Shown: positions 63,642 through 64,000 of the stretch, piece after piece
Layout of the letters: every line of letters begins with the position of its first letter
How positions within the stretch are numbered: the stretch's first letter is position 1
Made by a program: the position numbers and the translations under genes
NCBI GenBank assembly: GCA_965250065.1
Contig: OZ252288.1
Span: 578,693-642,692 of the forward strand
DNA length: 64,000 bases
DNA from: Opitutales bacterium
GTDB taxonomy: Bacteria; Verrucomicrobiota; Verrucomicrobiia; Opitutales; UBA2995
Direction: 5' to 3'
The notes under the pieces: generated by a model
Told to the model about the DNA's origin: nothing
What the model saw: the letters and a program-made list of their open reading frames with translations, nothing else
The model's database searches: none

Positions 63642-64000
63642 CTAGAAATTAAACCGGTTGGAAATAACCCAACCTCTTGGCGGGGCTGTCCGCGACTGAG
63701 CGAGCAATCCGATATCGGTCATGCGAACCGGGATGAGGTCGCGTTTGTCGGAGAAGACGTTGCTCAGGTTGAGCTGGATGCGCCAGTTTACCTTATTGTT
63801 CCAAATACGCTTGCGATAGGCTAACCGGAACCCCCAGTTGGTTTGGGCTGGACCGAAAAATGGATTTTCGATATCCGGTTTCGGAATACCTTCAGCATCC
63901 GGTGCGATGGGGAAACCGATAGCTACGCGAGATTGGTAGCGCACATTCACCCCTACACCCCAACCTCTGAAAATACCTTCCCGGAAGTCATAGTTGACTA
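63642..64000 (-). CDS. TonB-dependent receptor, C-terminal part (5' end beyond window)
   Basis: The frame stays open to the window edge. VNWRIQLNLSNVF...ISNRFNF* parallels the C-terminus of 35581-38898 (VNWRIQLNIRNAL...TSTFLF*). Confidence 0.75.
   Translation of the reverse strand, partial: VNYDFREGIFRGWGVGVNVRYQSRVAIGFPIAPDAEGIPKPDIENPFFGPAQTNWGFRLAYRKRIWNNKVNWRIQLNLSNVFSDKRDLIPVRMTDIGLLAQSRTAPPRGWVISNRFNF

Overview
The window looks like a PVC-type chromosome segment, probably Verrucomicrobiota or Planctomycetota-like. This is inferred from several DUF1552/DUF1592 gene pairs, sulfatases and Verrucomicrobia-style TonB receptors.

Gene content falls into four blocks:
- 1-7.9 kb and 22.4-28.9 kb: four copies of a two-gene module, a Tat-exported DUF1552 protein plus a CxxCH haem-motif DUF1592/1588 protein. 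One pair is a recent duplicate whose large gene has decayed into a chimeric remnant.
- 10-22 kb and 28.9-38.9 kb: two PUL-like catabolic clusters. They contain sulfatases, GH2, esterases, two SSS transporters, a LacI regulator, three enolase-superfamily enzymes (two with Tat signals), a DapA-family aldolase and a TonB-dependent receptor.
- 40-50 kb: housekeeping genes exoD, nadD, rsfS, resB and ccsA, plus a RidA-family gene.
- 51-61 kb: a compact tRNA wobble-modification cluster. It holds a U32 TrhP-like gene, a ferredoxin, tgt, queA, queF, queE, queD, queC, queG, cmoA and cmoB.

The most unusual signal is non-coding. About 10 kb of spacer (a hand tally of spacer lengths, not all of it repeat) is built from a small vocabulary of interspersed sequence modules:
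- A ~181-bp foldback element has 21-nt terminal inverted repeats, with three full copies and many solo ends.
- A 277-bp element has CTAGTGTGGTGT... ends.
- There are 40-200 bp modules, minisatellites and double-hairpin palindromes.

One foldback copy sits inside a REP-associated tyrosine transposase (RAYT) gene and splits it. Other copies supply stop codons to cmoB and to a transporter gene. Repeats also adjoin truncated sulfatase and redoxin genes. An AbiEii-type toxin-antitoxin cassette lies between two repeat blocks.

No rRNA, tRNA or CRISPR array was recognised by eye. All calls come from manual reading and recalled family motifs. No database search was run.
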